The notes under the pieces were generated by a model that ran no database searches, had not been told where the DNA came from, and saw only the letters and a program-made list of their open reading frames with translations. Shown piece by piece: positions 9,301 to 16,936 of a stretch of 64,000 nucleotides of DNA. Numbering within the stretch: position 1 is the first letter of the stretch; every line of letters begins with the position of its first letter. This DNA comes from Methanobacteriota archaeon (GTDB taxonomy: Archaea > Thermoplasmatota > Thermoplasmata > UBA10834), in NCBI GenBank assembly GCA_020725925.1, contig DYTN01000003.1, forward strand, positions 18,591 to 82,590, given 5' to 3'. Both the position numbers and the translations under genes were made by a program.

Positions 9301-11426
9301 AGAAGGTCCGCTGAGCCGAATATCGCTATGACATCCGCGTGGCCATCATCGGTCACGTCCTGGACTGAGACGTACTTTGGCACCTCTGGAAGGTCAAGTG
9401 TGCCGAAAGGATGAGGAGCCACAACGAAGTCGTCCTGGTCGAACAGGTACATCGAGCCGTCATACGGCCTCATGGCCACTATGTCCGCCTTGTCATCGCC
9501 CGTGATGTCGCCGCACCAGAGGCTGGTGAAGTCAGAACCCACCGTGTGCGACAGAGTGTAGCCCGGTGAGGAGGCGTCGAATGGCACCCCAGGCTGCTGC
9601 AGAAGCACGACTACCTTTCTAATCGAGCGAGTGTAGGCGATGTCGTTGAGGCCGTCAGAGTTGAAGTCCCCGACCGTGACGGCCCAAATCCCGGCGCCTG
9701 GGGTGAGCGCCACCTCGTAGGAATCGCCAAAGGCGTCAGGGCCCCCGTTGTTGAAGAAGATGTCTAGCTGGCCGTCGCCAGTGGCCGCCAGGATGTCGAG
9801 GAGCTCGTCATCGTTCAGGTCGTCGATTGCGATTGATGTGATCATGTTCCCGCACGTCAGGTTGATTTCGGAGTCAGGGAATGAGATGCCCCCGAAGAGG
9901 ATTCGGATCAATGAGCCGTCCTGCATCGTCACGAGGACATCGCGGTATTCGTCACCGTTGAGGTCAGACACGAGCATTCGGGAGGGGGTGAAGTCGAGAT
10001 CGACCGTCCGCGGGATTCCGCCGAATGAGATGAAGTAATCTACTGTGCGCGCAGCCCTGTTCAGGACCACGAGATCCTGAACGTCGTCTCCATCGATATC
10101 GCCTGCGGCGATCTCCGACGGAACGGCAGACCGGTTGATCCACGAAGTCGCGTTGCTGTTTGAGAAGTAGGGGCTGCGATTTGGATAGAGTCCAATGCTG
10201 GAACCCGCCCAGGCCATGCCGGCGCTCGCGACGACGATGTCTGGCAGAAGGTCTCCGTCAGCGTCGCCAATGGCTGCTGCGCTTGGCAGAGTGCCTGTGG
10301 GGAATCTGAAGTCGGGAACCATGGGCCAGAGCGGGATCGAACTCCCTTGGATCAGGCCCGCAGTGAGGTTGCCGTACTTCGACAGCAAGAGGAGATCATC
10401 CTCCGCACTGCCACTCATGTTTGCAGCGAGTACGAATGAGGGCTCGAAATCGAGCGTCCTATTGTAGTCCTCGACGGACGGAAGCGCTCCGAGGGACTGG
10501 AAGAAGAACCTGACTGCGGGGTCGGTCTGCGTTATCACGGCAAGGTCGTCAAGGGCGTCCCCGTCAAGCCTTCCTGAGGCAAGTCCGGACGGATTACCTG
10601 AAACGGTGAGAACCTGCGATGGCGCGCCACCCAACTCATATGGGCGGTCGAAGATCATGACCGTCGATGAGTAGTAATTGGCGACTGCTAGCTCTTCAGA
10701 GCCATCATCATTGAAGTCGCCCGACACGACAGCTTCTGTTCCCAGACCGCAAGAGGAAGCGTTGTTTGTGGCGAAGCTGGGACCAAAGAAAACCTCCAAT
10801 CTGCCAGGGCTCGACGTAGGATTCGCCCCAGCAGACGCAACTGCGATGTCCGGGTATTTGTCTCCAGAGAGATTGCCGACAATGAACGAGCGGGCATTCG
10901 CATTCGTTGAGTGATCAGGCCATATTTCATAGCTGCTCTCCGACGTGAGGTTGTACACCGTGAACCGTGGAGTCGAGAACACTGGCTCACGCTCCAGCGA
11001 CACGATCTGATGCCCTCCGGACGCGAACACGTCTATGGGAGCGATGCTCATCGGATTGTTCTGGGTCGTGATGTTGAACGATGGATAGGTCGGGAGCTTC
11101 CCGTCCAGGCCTCTGTAGAATATGGAGATGGTCTTGAGGGCATACGAGGAGACCATGAGGTCCGACTGGCCGTCTCCGTTCAGATCTGATATCTCCACAT
11201 CACTGGAGCCACCGCCTACCATGAGGGCCCTGGACACCAGTGGGTACTCGGTCACGTTGACGGAAGTGTCCATGGGGTCGGGGAACAGGATCGCATCCAC
11301 CGACGGCGGAATCTCACTTGCCTCAGCAAGCCGTTGATCGTCGGATGGAGGCACGAGAACGGGGACTGCTAGTGCGAACAGGACGAATGCGCACAGTATC
11401 TTTGCGGTCAACATATGACGAACCAA
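6396..11426 (-). CDS. Giant (1676 aa) type-I surface receptor: signal peptide, FG-GAP/VCBS beta-propeller repeats, PKD-type Ig domains, one TM helix and a cytoplasmic Roadblock/LC7-like domain
   Basis: N-terminal signal h-region ILCAFVLFALAVPVLV. At least 9 repeats with DxDGDG/DxNxDGxxD calcium-loop-like motifs. Several PKD modules (WDFGDG, YEWDFV...). TM helix WPYLLTIAVLAFLGVSGYFV followed by REGR. About 170-aa C-terminal tail with a Roadblock-like hydrophobic pattern. Dozens of NxS/T sequons lie only in the ectodomain. Confidence 0.85.
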   Translation of the reverse strand: MVRHMLTAKILCAFVLFALAVPVLVPPSDDQRLAEASEIPPSVDAILFPDPMDTSVNVTEYPLVSRALMVGGGSSDVEISDLNGDGQSDLMVSSYALKTISIFYRGLDGKLPTYPSFNITTQNNPMSIAPIDVFASGGHQIVSLEREPVFSTPRFTVYNLTSESSYEIWPDHSTNANARSFIVGNLSGDKYPDIAVASAGANPTSSPGRLEVFFGPSFATNNASSCGLGTEAVVSGDFNDDGSEELAVANYYSSTVMIFDRPYELGGAPSQVLTVSGNPSGLASGRLDGDALDDLAVITQTDPAVRFFFQSLGALPSVEDYNRTLDFEPSFVLAANMSGSAEDDLLLLSKYGNLTAGLIQGSSIPLWPMVPDFRFPTGTLPSAAAIGDADGDLLPDIVVASAGMAWAGSSIGLYPNRSPYFSNSNATSWINRSAVPSEIAAGDIDGDDVQDLVVLNRAARTVDYFISFGGIPRTVDLDFTPSRMLVSDLNGDEYRDVLVTMQDGSLIRILFGGISFPDSEINLTCGNMITSIAIDDLNDDELLDILAATGDGQLDIFFNNGGPDAFGDSYEVALTPGAGIWAVTVGDFNSDGLNDIAYTRSIRKVVVLLQQPGVPFDASSPGYTLSHTVGSDFTSLWCGDITGDDKADIVAMRPYDGSMYLFDQDDFVVAPHPFGTLDLPEVPKYVSVQDVTDDGHADVIAIFGSADLLFLYRQAGVGLPATPSAAFVTGAEPVYARIGDATHDNRGDLLVLEAGSRSVSAWEQINRPPEVDAGGPYVTRQGSELQINGTVKTGTSEIPYMEYFWDFGDGNVSGWIKDVTPTHTYADVRNYTISVIAVDPGGEPAFDQANVTVLDSVPLVSFSWTPENPSEGQLVSFLDTTSSYDPVSSRRWIVDGVYTGDESNLTLEFQDGTHEVTLEVTDTDGSIGNKTYFIYVQSQAPDVRIDAPPSALEGSPVTFVAFVDEWHGVPVDTIVSYEWDYSYVPGIFVPDPYAPNSNTTTHVFSAESYPEYYRIASRVTDIDGMSAIATWDLAIFDVGPIAGLVLNATDPQEGVPFRFISTTDSFDGIVDWNWTLTYPDGHSSSFYVTDTEMAAMSFANLQDGDYSVTLIVREFDGNTSSYTLGFHVTEIPPFVDLSTVPVESWDGYYEEFYDVVFVADVTGLDPAVMYEWDFVAPGAEFEADAITTANTSTCSYTQVGNYTAKVRVTDSDGSVTTQQVSIEIRHKPFRGEFFGLVESPRDFSNTSNVTFGLGPLLVRYPDVVRVVYDFGDGAMLTVINDLQAPVKHSYALGSDYHLNITVTDDDGYSFLLSAIIGNRPPAIQILSPWPDYVIRSGTPIVFLITPYSAALLDVVYHIDGGGPMHFGDMYQLNTSGWIEGPHSVLVVAGDQAGTVSRLETRITIDDVAPSAFVYTSQPSLFGGSRVNITVRVHDQNVEASGIVLYVRFQGETAFSAFTVGRYDGGTFYRVLDLPVREGNISFYAFVSDLAGNSVQTPLYTSAVELHFLTVAWPYLLTIAVLAFLGVSGYFVREGRIAVDETFVIYNDGRLISHSTRRLKPGMDDQVLGSMFVAIQDFVKDSFKDITSFTLRKIEFGPKSVLVEKGEHLFLAVILHGQASRKVALKMQKAVSAIEKQFGQVLKDWDGDLDKVRGVNDIVKGVYSKAPVFPRRLRNKT

Positions 11427-11462
11427 GACCGTCCCATCCAGTGGACTGACAGTAGTCTTACT

Positions 11463-11470
11463 TTTATATG
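11463..11470 (-). promoter_or_regulatory. TATA-like box (TTTTATAT / CATATAAAAG on minus) about 40 bp upstream of the giant receptor gene start at 11426
   Basis: AT-rich island in the 123-bp divergent intergenic region. Confidence 0.3.
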
Positions 11471-11520
11471 ATGCTTTCGGAAAAAATCCGATGCCAGATG
11501 CCAGGGCCGTTCGTCCAAGT

Positions 11521-11530
11521 GTTTATTATC
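11521..11530 (+). promoter_or_regulatory. TATA-like box (GTTTATTATC) about 22-28 bp upstream of the S2P protease start at 11550, implying a short or leaderless 5' UTR
   Basis: Position and AT content. Confidence 0.35.
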
Positions 11531-11549
11531 GGTACTGACGTAACAAGGT

Positions 11550-11864
11550 GTGATGAGTGCCTCGATGAAGGTCGGGAGGATACTGGGCATACCGATCCAG
11601 CTCCACATCACCTTCCTTCTGATACTTCCCCTGTTCGCATATTTCTTCTCTGCTCCTCCAGAATCGGGCGAGGTGTTCGGGATCCAGCTCAGCTTCAAGG
11701 AGCTGGACGCCGAGCTTTGGGTCAAGTACGCCTTCGGGACCGTCGCGGCGGTGCTCTTCTTCGTAACGGTGCTGATACACGAGCTCGCGCACTCGTACCT
11801 GGCTCTCAGGTACGGCGTGAGGATCAAGGGGATCACCCTGATGGTCTTCGGGGGCGTCTCCTAG
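11550..11864 (+). CDS. Site-2 protease (peptidase M50) N-terminal part with the HExxH motif, ending at an in-frame TAG
   Basis: TM helices plus HELAHS (the zinc-binding HExxH of S2P/M50). It ends ...LMVFGGVS then TAG. The next ATG follows immediately in the same frame. Confidence 0.8.
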   Translation: MMSASMKVGRILGIPIQLHITFLLILPLFAYFFSAPPESGEVFGIQLSFKELDAELWVKYAFGTVAAVLFFVTVLIHELAHSYLALRYGVRIKGITLMVFGGVS

Positions 11865-12731
11865 ATGGAGGAGATACCCCGGCAGCCAGGCCAGGAGTGG
11901 CGCATGGCGTTCGCAGGCCCTCTGTCCAGCCTGCTGGTGGGAGCTGCATCCTACCTTCTGATGGTGGTGCTGAAGCTGGTGGAGAGCGGCTCCGTCATAA
12001 TCGAGGGCATGGTGATCCTGCTCGGCCTGATGGCCCTGTACAACATGCTCCTCGCGGCGTTCAACCTCATACCGGCCTTCCCGATGGACGGCGGCCGGGT
12101 GCTGAGGGCCTTCTTCGCCACCAGGATGCCCTACCTCGAGGCGACCAAGAAGGCCGCCAGGATAGGCAGATACTTCGCGATCGGCATGGCGGTCTTCGGC
12201 ATCTTCTACAACTTCTGGTTCATCCTGATCGCGCTGTTCGTCTACATAGGTGCATCCGAGGAGGAGCAGGCGACCACGATCTCGGAGAGCCTGCAGGGCG
12301 TGACCGTCAGGCAGCTGATGTCTAGCTCGGTCCAGGTGGTACACCCTGACATGACAGTGCAGCAGCTCCACGACCTCATGCTATCGACGAGGCACATGGG
12401 CTTCCCGGTGGTCGACAACGGCCTCGTTGGCATAGTGACGCTCTCCGACACTCACAAGGTGTCCCGGGAGCAGCTCCCGCACGCGCGCGTCAGAGACATT
12501 ATGACGCGCGATGTCGTGACCGTCCCACCGGACATGGACGCATCGAAGGCGCTCTACCTGACGTCGGAGAGGAGGATAGGGAGGCTCGTCGTGATGGAGG
12601 GCGGCCGGCTTGCGGGCATCGTGACCAAGAAGGACTTCCTGAGGGCCGTCGACGTGATGGCTGCTCGGAAGCAGGCGACCAGATGGGGCCAGCAGTTCCC
12701 GCCGACGGAGCCACCGATCGCGCCTGTCTGA
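11865..12731 (+). CDS. Site-2 protease (M50) C-terminal part (NxxPxxxxDG motif) fused to a CBS-domain pair. Same frame as 11550-11864 and separated only by a TAG.
   Basis: FNLIPAFPMDGGRVLRA (M50 LDG motif), then two CBS domains (VTVRQLM...GIVTLSD, VRDIMTRDVVTV...GIVTKKDF). It aligns to S2P homologues continuously across the TAG (FGGVA-M-x-x-IP). Confidence 0.8.
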   Translation: MEEIPRQPGQEWRMAFAGPLSSLLVGAASYLLMVVLKLVESGSVIIEGMVILLGLMALYNMLLAAFNLIPAFPMDGGRVLRAFFATRMPYLEATKKAARIGRYFAIGMAVFGIFYNFWFILIALFVYIGASEEEQATTISESLQGVTVRQLMSSSVQVVHPDMTVQQLHDLMLSTRHMGFPVVDNGLVGIVTLSDTHKVSREQLPHARVRDIMTRDVVTVPPDMDASKALYLTSERRIGRLVVMEGGRLAGIVTKKDFLRAVDVMAARKQATRWGQQFPPTEPPIAPV

Positions 12732-12733
12732 TG

Positions 12734-13846
12734 TCAGCCCGCGAGCTGCTTCCTCTTGAACAGTACGAGACTCAGGGCGAGGGCTGCGACCAGATACGCG
12801 AGCATGACCAGGGCAGCGAGGCCGGGCTCGGGGTAGTACTGGTAGAACGTCATGCCGAAGTCCGTGTTCACGGTGTCCTCGGGATAGGGGTCGTACATCG
12901 TGTAGAGCATCGCGCCCGACGCGAAGGTGACCGACGCGTTGATCTTGACCCCTGCGAACATAGACACGCTGTCCACGATGGGCAGGATCATGATGAACAT
13001 GAAGAAGGTCAGGACAAGGGCACCGGTCGAGCCCCTGAGGACTGAGCTTATCAGATACGCTATCGCGATGACGGCCACGAGGTATTCGAAGGCGAAGGCG
13101 AATGACATCCCGAAGTCGTCGTCGACAGCGCCGAGAGTGAGAAATGACAGCAATGCGGTGCCGATGTAGAACAACCCTACAATTATCACTCCAGCCGTCA
13201 CACTGGCAGCGAACTTCCCGAAGAACAGGGATGACCTCTTCATCGGGTTAGGGAACATGAGGTAGCCAGTACGGTTCTGGAACTCGCCCACGATCGAGTC
13301 CGCCCCAAAGAAGGTTGCGCAGATCACGACCAGTATGCTCGCGAAGTTGATGAAGACCACATCGAACTCCTGGACTGGCATGTGCCAATCGTATGAGGCG
13401 GTGATATCCGAGCCTGAAACGTTCTGCATGAACAGCAGGGAGTTGGCTGAGATCTGCACGCCTCCGAAGGACGCTTCGTCGACGAAGATCCAGTTCGCTC
13501 CGCTGTTGGAGGGGAACGCCGCCCCGTCCCTGAGCACCTCGAGGGTGTCGAGCTCGATTTCGCCGCTCTTCAAGGAGCCGAAACCCCAAACGGTGATCCC
13601 CTGGAAAGAGATGTTCAGCTCCGTCAGACCGACGGATCCGTTGACGACGGTGCCCTTGTATGGCGTCCCCACGGCCGGCGGGATGGCATAGATGAGCCCC
13701 AGGATGGCAACGACTATGATGATTGACCCGACGAGCCGCTTCGACCTGAGGTACCTGAGCAGCTCGTACCACCATACGACCTGGACCTGAGCGAGGTCGT
13801 TCGGCGGGCCAGGATCCGAATGCGCATGGTCCGTCATCTCGATCAC
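12734..13846 (-). CDS. ABC-2 family transporter permease
   Basis: 6-TM protein with a large extracytoplasmic loop after TM1. Its stop overlaps the ATPase gene by 4 bp. Confidence 0.72.
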   Translation of the reverse strand: MIEMTDHAHSDPGPPNDLAQVQVVWWYELLRYLRSKRLVGSIIIVVAILGLIYAIPPAVGTPYKGTVVNGSVGLTELNISFQGITVWGFGSLKSGEIELDTLEVLRDGAAFPSNSGANWIFVDEASFGGVQISANSLLFMQNVSGSDITASYDWHMPVQEFDVVFINFASILVVICATFFGADSIVGEFQNRTGYLMFPNPMKRSSLFFGKFAASVTAGVIIVGLFYIGTALLSFLTLGAVDDDFGMSFAFAFEYLVAVIAIAYLISSVLRGSTGALVLTFFMFIMILPIVDSVSMFAGVKINASVTFASGAMLYTMYDPYPEDTVNTDFGMTFYQYYPEPGLAALVMLAYLVAALALSLVLFKRKQLAG

Positions 13847-14769
13847 CTCGACTCCTTGATCAGGTCCATGTACATCAGCTCGAGAGGCAGTCCGACCGGA
13901 CTGAACCCGGTGATTGGAGTCCCCATGGCCATGATATCCCTGAGCAGGGCGGCCTTGTCCTCCTGTGACCCCTCGAATGTCACCAGGAAGGTGGAGCCGT
14001 TCACGCGCTCGAGGGCTCTCACGTTGCTCAGCGCTCGGACCTTGGACAGCAGCGACTCGTCGGCATCACGCAGCATCGTGATCTCGATCTTTGTCACCTT
14101 GGTGAGGTTCTTGAGGTTGTCTATGGAGTCGTACACGAGCAGCTTGCCCTTGTCAATCAGGGCCGCCCTGTCGCAGGTCTCCTGGACCTCGAGCAGAAGG
14201 TGGGAGCTCATGAAGATCGTGTAGTGCTGCTTCTTCAGAGCGCGTATGATCTCGCGCACCTCGACCATGCCCCTGGGGTCGAGGCCGCTCGTCGGCTCGT
14301 CAAGGATGAGTATGTCGGGCTCGTGAAGTAGGGCCTGGGCTATGGCGAGGCGCTGCTTCATTCCCTTCGAGAACTTGCCTATCCTGGTGCTCCTCCATTC
14401 GTTCAGCTTGACCTCAGTGAGCACCTCGTTCGACCTGGCCTTGATTTCTGAGGAATGCATGCCCCTGACTCTGCCGAGATACGCAAGCGTCTCTTCAGGC
14501 GTGAGGTAAGGATAGAACTCAGGCGTCTCGACGACTGCCCCGACCTTGCTAAGGGCCATCTTCGGGTCCCTGAGCACGTCTACTCCGTGCAGATACGCGC
14601 GCCCGCTCGTGGCAGTGATCAAGTTCGTCAGGATCTTGATTGTCGTGGTCTTGCCAGCACCGTTCGGCCCAAGGAACCCCACCATCGTCCCTTCCGGGAC
14701 CTTCAACGTGAGGTTGTCCACCGCCCTGATGGGGCCAAAGGTCTTCGTCAGGTTCTGTATCTCAATCAT
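13843..14769 (-). CDS. ABC transporter ATP-binding protein (ABC-2 subfamily) with a C-terminal accessory domain
   Basis: Walker A GPNGAGKTT, signature LSKGMKQRL, Walker B ILILDEPTSGLDP, H-loop. Confidence 0.9.
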   Translation of the reverse strand: MIEIQNLTKTFGPIRAVDNLTLKVPEGTMVGFLGPNGAGKTTTIKILTNLITATSGRAYLHGVDVLRDPKMALSKVGAVVETPEFYPYLTPEETLAYLGRVRGMHSSEIKARSNEVLTEVKLNEWRSTRIGKFSKGMKQRLAIAQALLHEPDILILDEPTSGLDPRGMVEVREIIRALKKQHYTIFMSSHLLLEVQETCDRAALIDKGKLLVYDSIDNLKNLTKVTKIEITMLRDADESLLSKVRALSNVRALERVNGSTFLVTFEGSQEDKAALLRDIMAMGTPITGFSPVGLPLELMYMDLIKESR

Positions 14770-14861
14770 GCTATGTGCGTCCCTCAGCTGTCTTACCGAG
14801 CGAGCGACGAAACCCTATATAATGGAACCTGCGGAAGGCCACGAGACACCAATGCGACCGT

Positions 14862-15137
14862 TCATCTCCCGAGCGCGCCGTAAAGCTCCTTGGCGAGTTT
14901 CTCAGCCTCCGCGCGCTCCTTCACCGGGTGCATCAGGAGGCGCCCGTGGGGGTAGACGGTGATCTCCACACCCTTCTTGACGACCAGCATCACCTTCGGG
15001 TTGGCCAGTACCTCGTACCCCTTGGACGACAGCTTGCGCTCGCACTCGTCCAGGTTCAGGGAGACCTTGCCCTTGGGCACGGCCTCATAGGCGTCATACT
15101 TGCACGGCTTGACGGCCAGGAACTCCAAGCAGATCAC
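14862..15137 (-). CDS. Small hypothetical protein (about 91 aa), GTG start overlapping the upstream stop (GTGA)
   Basis: The ORF at 14862-15251 in the track overlaps the P-loop kinase gene. The first in-frame start after that stop is GTG at about 15137. No recognisable family (possibly a beta-grasp-like fold). Confidence 0.35.
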   Translation of the reverse strand: MICLEFLAVKPCKYDAYEAVPKGKVSLNLDECERKLSSKGYEVLANPKVMLVVKKGVEITVYPHGRLLMHPVKERAEAEKLAKELYGALGR

Positions 15138-15676
15138 TTCCGAGCGAGTATGCTGTCCAGGAGGAGATTGACGCCCCTCTTGAGCTCCTTCAGGTCGGAC
15201 TCGTTTATCAGCAGATAGTCCGCCAGGGAGATCGCCCCGCCCAGCCCCCAATCCAGCTCTCGCTTGTCGCGGGCGTCGAACTCAGCCCTGCTCACCGGGG
15301 AATCGGGCCTGCGCCTAGCCACGAGGCGCTCATATCTCGTCTTGGGCGAGGCATGGATCGCCACGACCTTGACATCGTCCCCGAACGCCTGCTTGAACGC
15401 GCGGATTTCGTCCGGGCCCCTTGTGCCGTCGATGAGCACGAGCTCCCCGCCGACATAGGGGATGGTCCGTTTGGCCCAGATGTCTATGCCGTACCGCTTT
15501 CGCTCTTCGTTCGCCAAGGTCCCGATGCTCGAGTCCGAAAGGTCGAGTCCGAACTCCTTCGCCTTGTCACGCACGATGTCCCCCATCCGGATGATCTTGG
15601 CGCCCCTGGCCTGACAGACCTTCAGGAACTCCTCCTTCCCTGCACCTGGCATTCCGGTCGTGACTATGATCATCAT
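15134..15676 (-). CDS. P-loop nucleotide/nucleoside kinase, UPF0200-like (dephospho-CoA-kinase-like/adenylate-kinase-like)
   Basis: MIIVTTGMPGAGKEEF Walker A at the N-terminus, DGTRGPDE lid-like region, 180 aa. Confidence 0.65.
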   Translation of the reverse strand: MMIIVTTGMPGAGKEEFLKVCQARGAKIIRMGDIVRDKAKEFGLDLSDSSIGTLANEERKRYGIDIWAKRTIPYVGGELVLIDGTRGPDEIRAFKQAFGDDVKVVAIHASPKTRYERLVARRRPDSPVSRAEFDARDKRELDWGLGGAISLADYLLINESDLKELKRGVNLLLDSILARK

Positions 15677-15744
15677 GACATGCTCGACACTCTACACGCT
15701 AGCACTTACAAAAACCTTTGGAGCCAGCGCCGTGGACGCGCAGC

Positions 15745-16935
15745 TCACTTCAGCGGCCGGCCAAGCGCGGACTTCGCGTATTCAGAAACCGCCTCGAAGT
15801 CGAACCCAGCCTTTGCCCAGTATCGCGGGCAGAGGCCGAGCCCGAGGCATGCGTCGTACGTGGCTTGGTCGGGGAAGGAGTCCTCGAAATTCCTAGCTCC
15901 CGAGGGTGCGATGTCGGAAGGTTTCGAGAGGACGGCGGACACGAGCTCAAGGTCGATGCGCTTGCCAAGAGAAGCACAATGCGAAAGCACCGTAACCGGC
16001 TCCGCACCTGCCTTGGCGCAAGCGGAAAGAATCTTACATGCAGTCCTCGCATCTATGCCCATGTCGAATGCCTTCGAGAGTGCAGCTGCATCGTAGTGGA
16101 GATAGCCGGGCTCCTTCGCGACGAGTCTGAGCTCTCTGGGTTCCTCCTCGGTCTTCAGGTAAGTACGGCACGGGTAGGGGCAGCCGTAGCAGCCGACCAA
16201 CCTATGCACGAGTCCCGAGAAGTCATCCCTGGCCAGGTTCGGGTAGAAGGACGCCAATCCGGAACTCATCCCGAGCGTCGTCAGGTGCTCCCTCATCAGC
16301 AGTATGGAGTCTTCGAAGTGCTTGTCCGGCTCGGACAGCTCCAGCTCGCCCATGCCTCTGAACGCGACCGCGAGCACGTTCTTCGCCCCGAGAGCTGACG
16401 CCGTGCCGACCTTGTCCTCGCCACCCCAGTAGTTCACGACGAGCTGCGATGCTTTCAAGCAGGCGTCTCCCCAAGGACCGCATGACGCGACCTGGATCTT
16501 TGCATCGCCTTGTTCCGATCGGACCTTGTCAGTCCGACCCCACGAGCTGAGGGCCCTCATATCAGGCGCTGCAACGAACTCCAATTGACCATCCCTGGCC
16601 CAGACATACCCTTGGCCCGGAGCCTTTCCCTTGAGCACGATGAAATCGAATCCTGTGAGCTTGAGTTCGAACCCCGCGAAGCCCATCAGCGGCATGATCT
16701 TCGACCCTCCTGAGCCGCCCGCGCGCACGATTCCAGCGCATGCTGCTGGCACAAAACTGCCTGTCAGCACGCCCGTGCCGAACACGATGGAATCCTGACC
16801 GTGCTCGGTCGCGAGCGCCTCCGCCACCGCAATGGACGAGGAATCGTCCAGGCCTCTGTCCTCCGAGTACCCCTGCTCCGAGGCCTTCCCTGAGGAGAGG
16901 TCGAGCACGCCGATCCTCCCGTTCCTGAGATACAC
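15745..16935 (-). CDS. Aldehyde:ferredoxin oxidoreductase (AOR) family protein, short form (396 aa)
   Basis: AOR-like N-terminus (MYLRNGRIGVLDLSSGK...) and the CxxCxxxC [4Fe-4S] motif (CYGCPYPC). It is about 200 aa shorter than canonical AOR. Confidence 0.55.
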   Translation of the reverse strand: MYLRNGRIGVLDLSSGKASEQGYSEDRGLDDSSSIAVAEALATEHGQDSIVFGTGVLTGSFVPAACAGIVRAGGSGGSKIMPLMGFAGFELKLTGFDFIVLKGKAPGQGYVWARDGQLEFVAAPDMRALSSWGRTDKVRSEQGDAKIQVASCGPWGDACLKASQLVVNYWGGEDKVGTASALGAKNVLAVAFRGMGELELSEPDKHFEDSILLMREHLTTLGMSSGLASFYPNLARDDFSGLVHRLVGCYGCPYPCRTYLKTEEEPRELRLVAKEPGYLHYDAAALSKAFDMGIDARTACKILSACAKAGAEPVTVLSHCASLGKRIDLELVSAVLSKPSDIAPSGARNFEDSFPDQATYDACLGLGLCPRYWAKAGFDFEAVSEYAKSALGRPLK

Positions 16936-16936
16936 C

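Noticed and set aside
11862-11864. TAG in the S2P gene read as pyrrolysine
   Set aside because: Not supported. TAG is used as the ordinary stop for several neighbouring genes (for example larB at 2746-2748, and at 4862-4864 and 5615-5617). No pyl genes are in the window, and the homologous position in S2P is not a conserved Lys. It is kept only as a low-probability alternative in the finding.
11468-12371. Overlapping ORFs 11468-12325(+) and 11526-12371(-)
   Set aside because: They are out of frame or antisense to the M50-CBS protease, whose reading frame carries all catalytic motifs.
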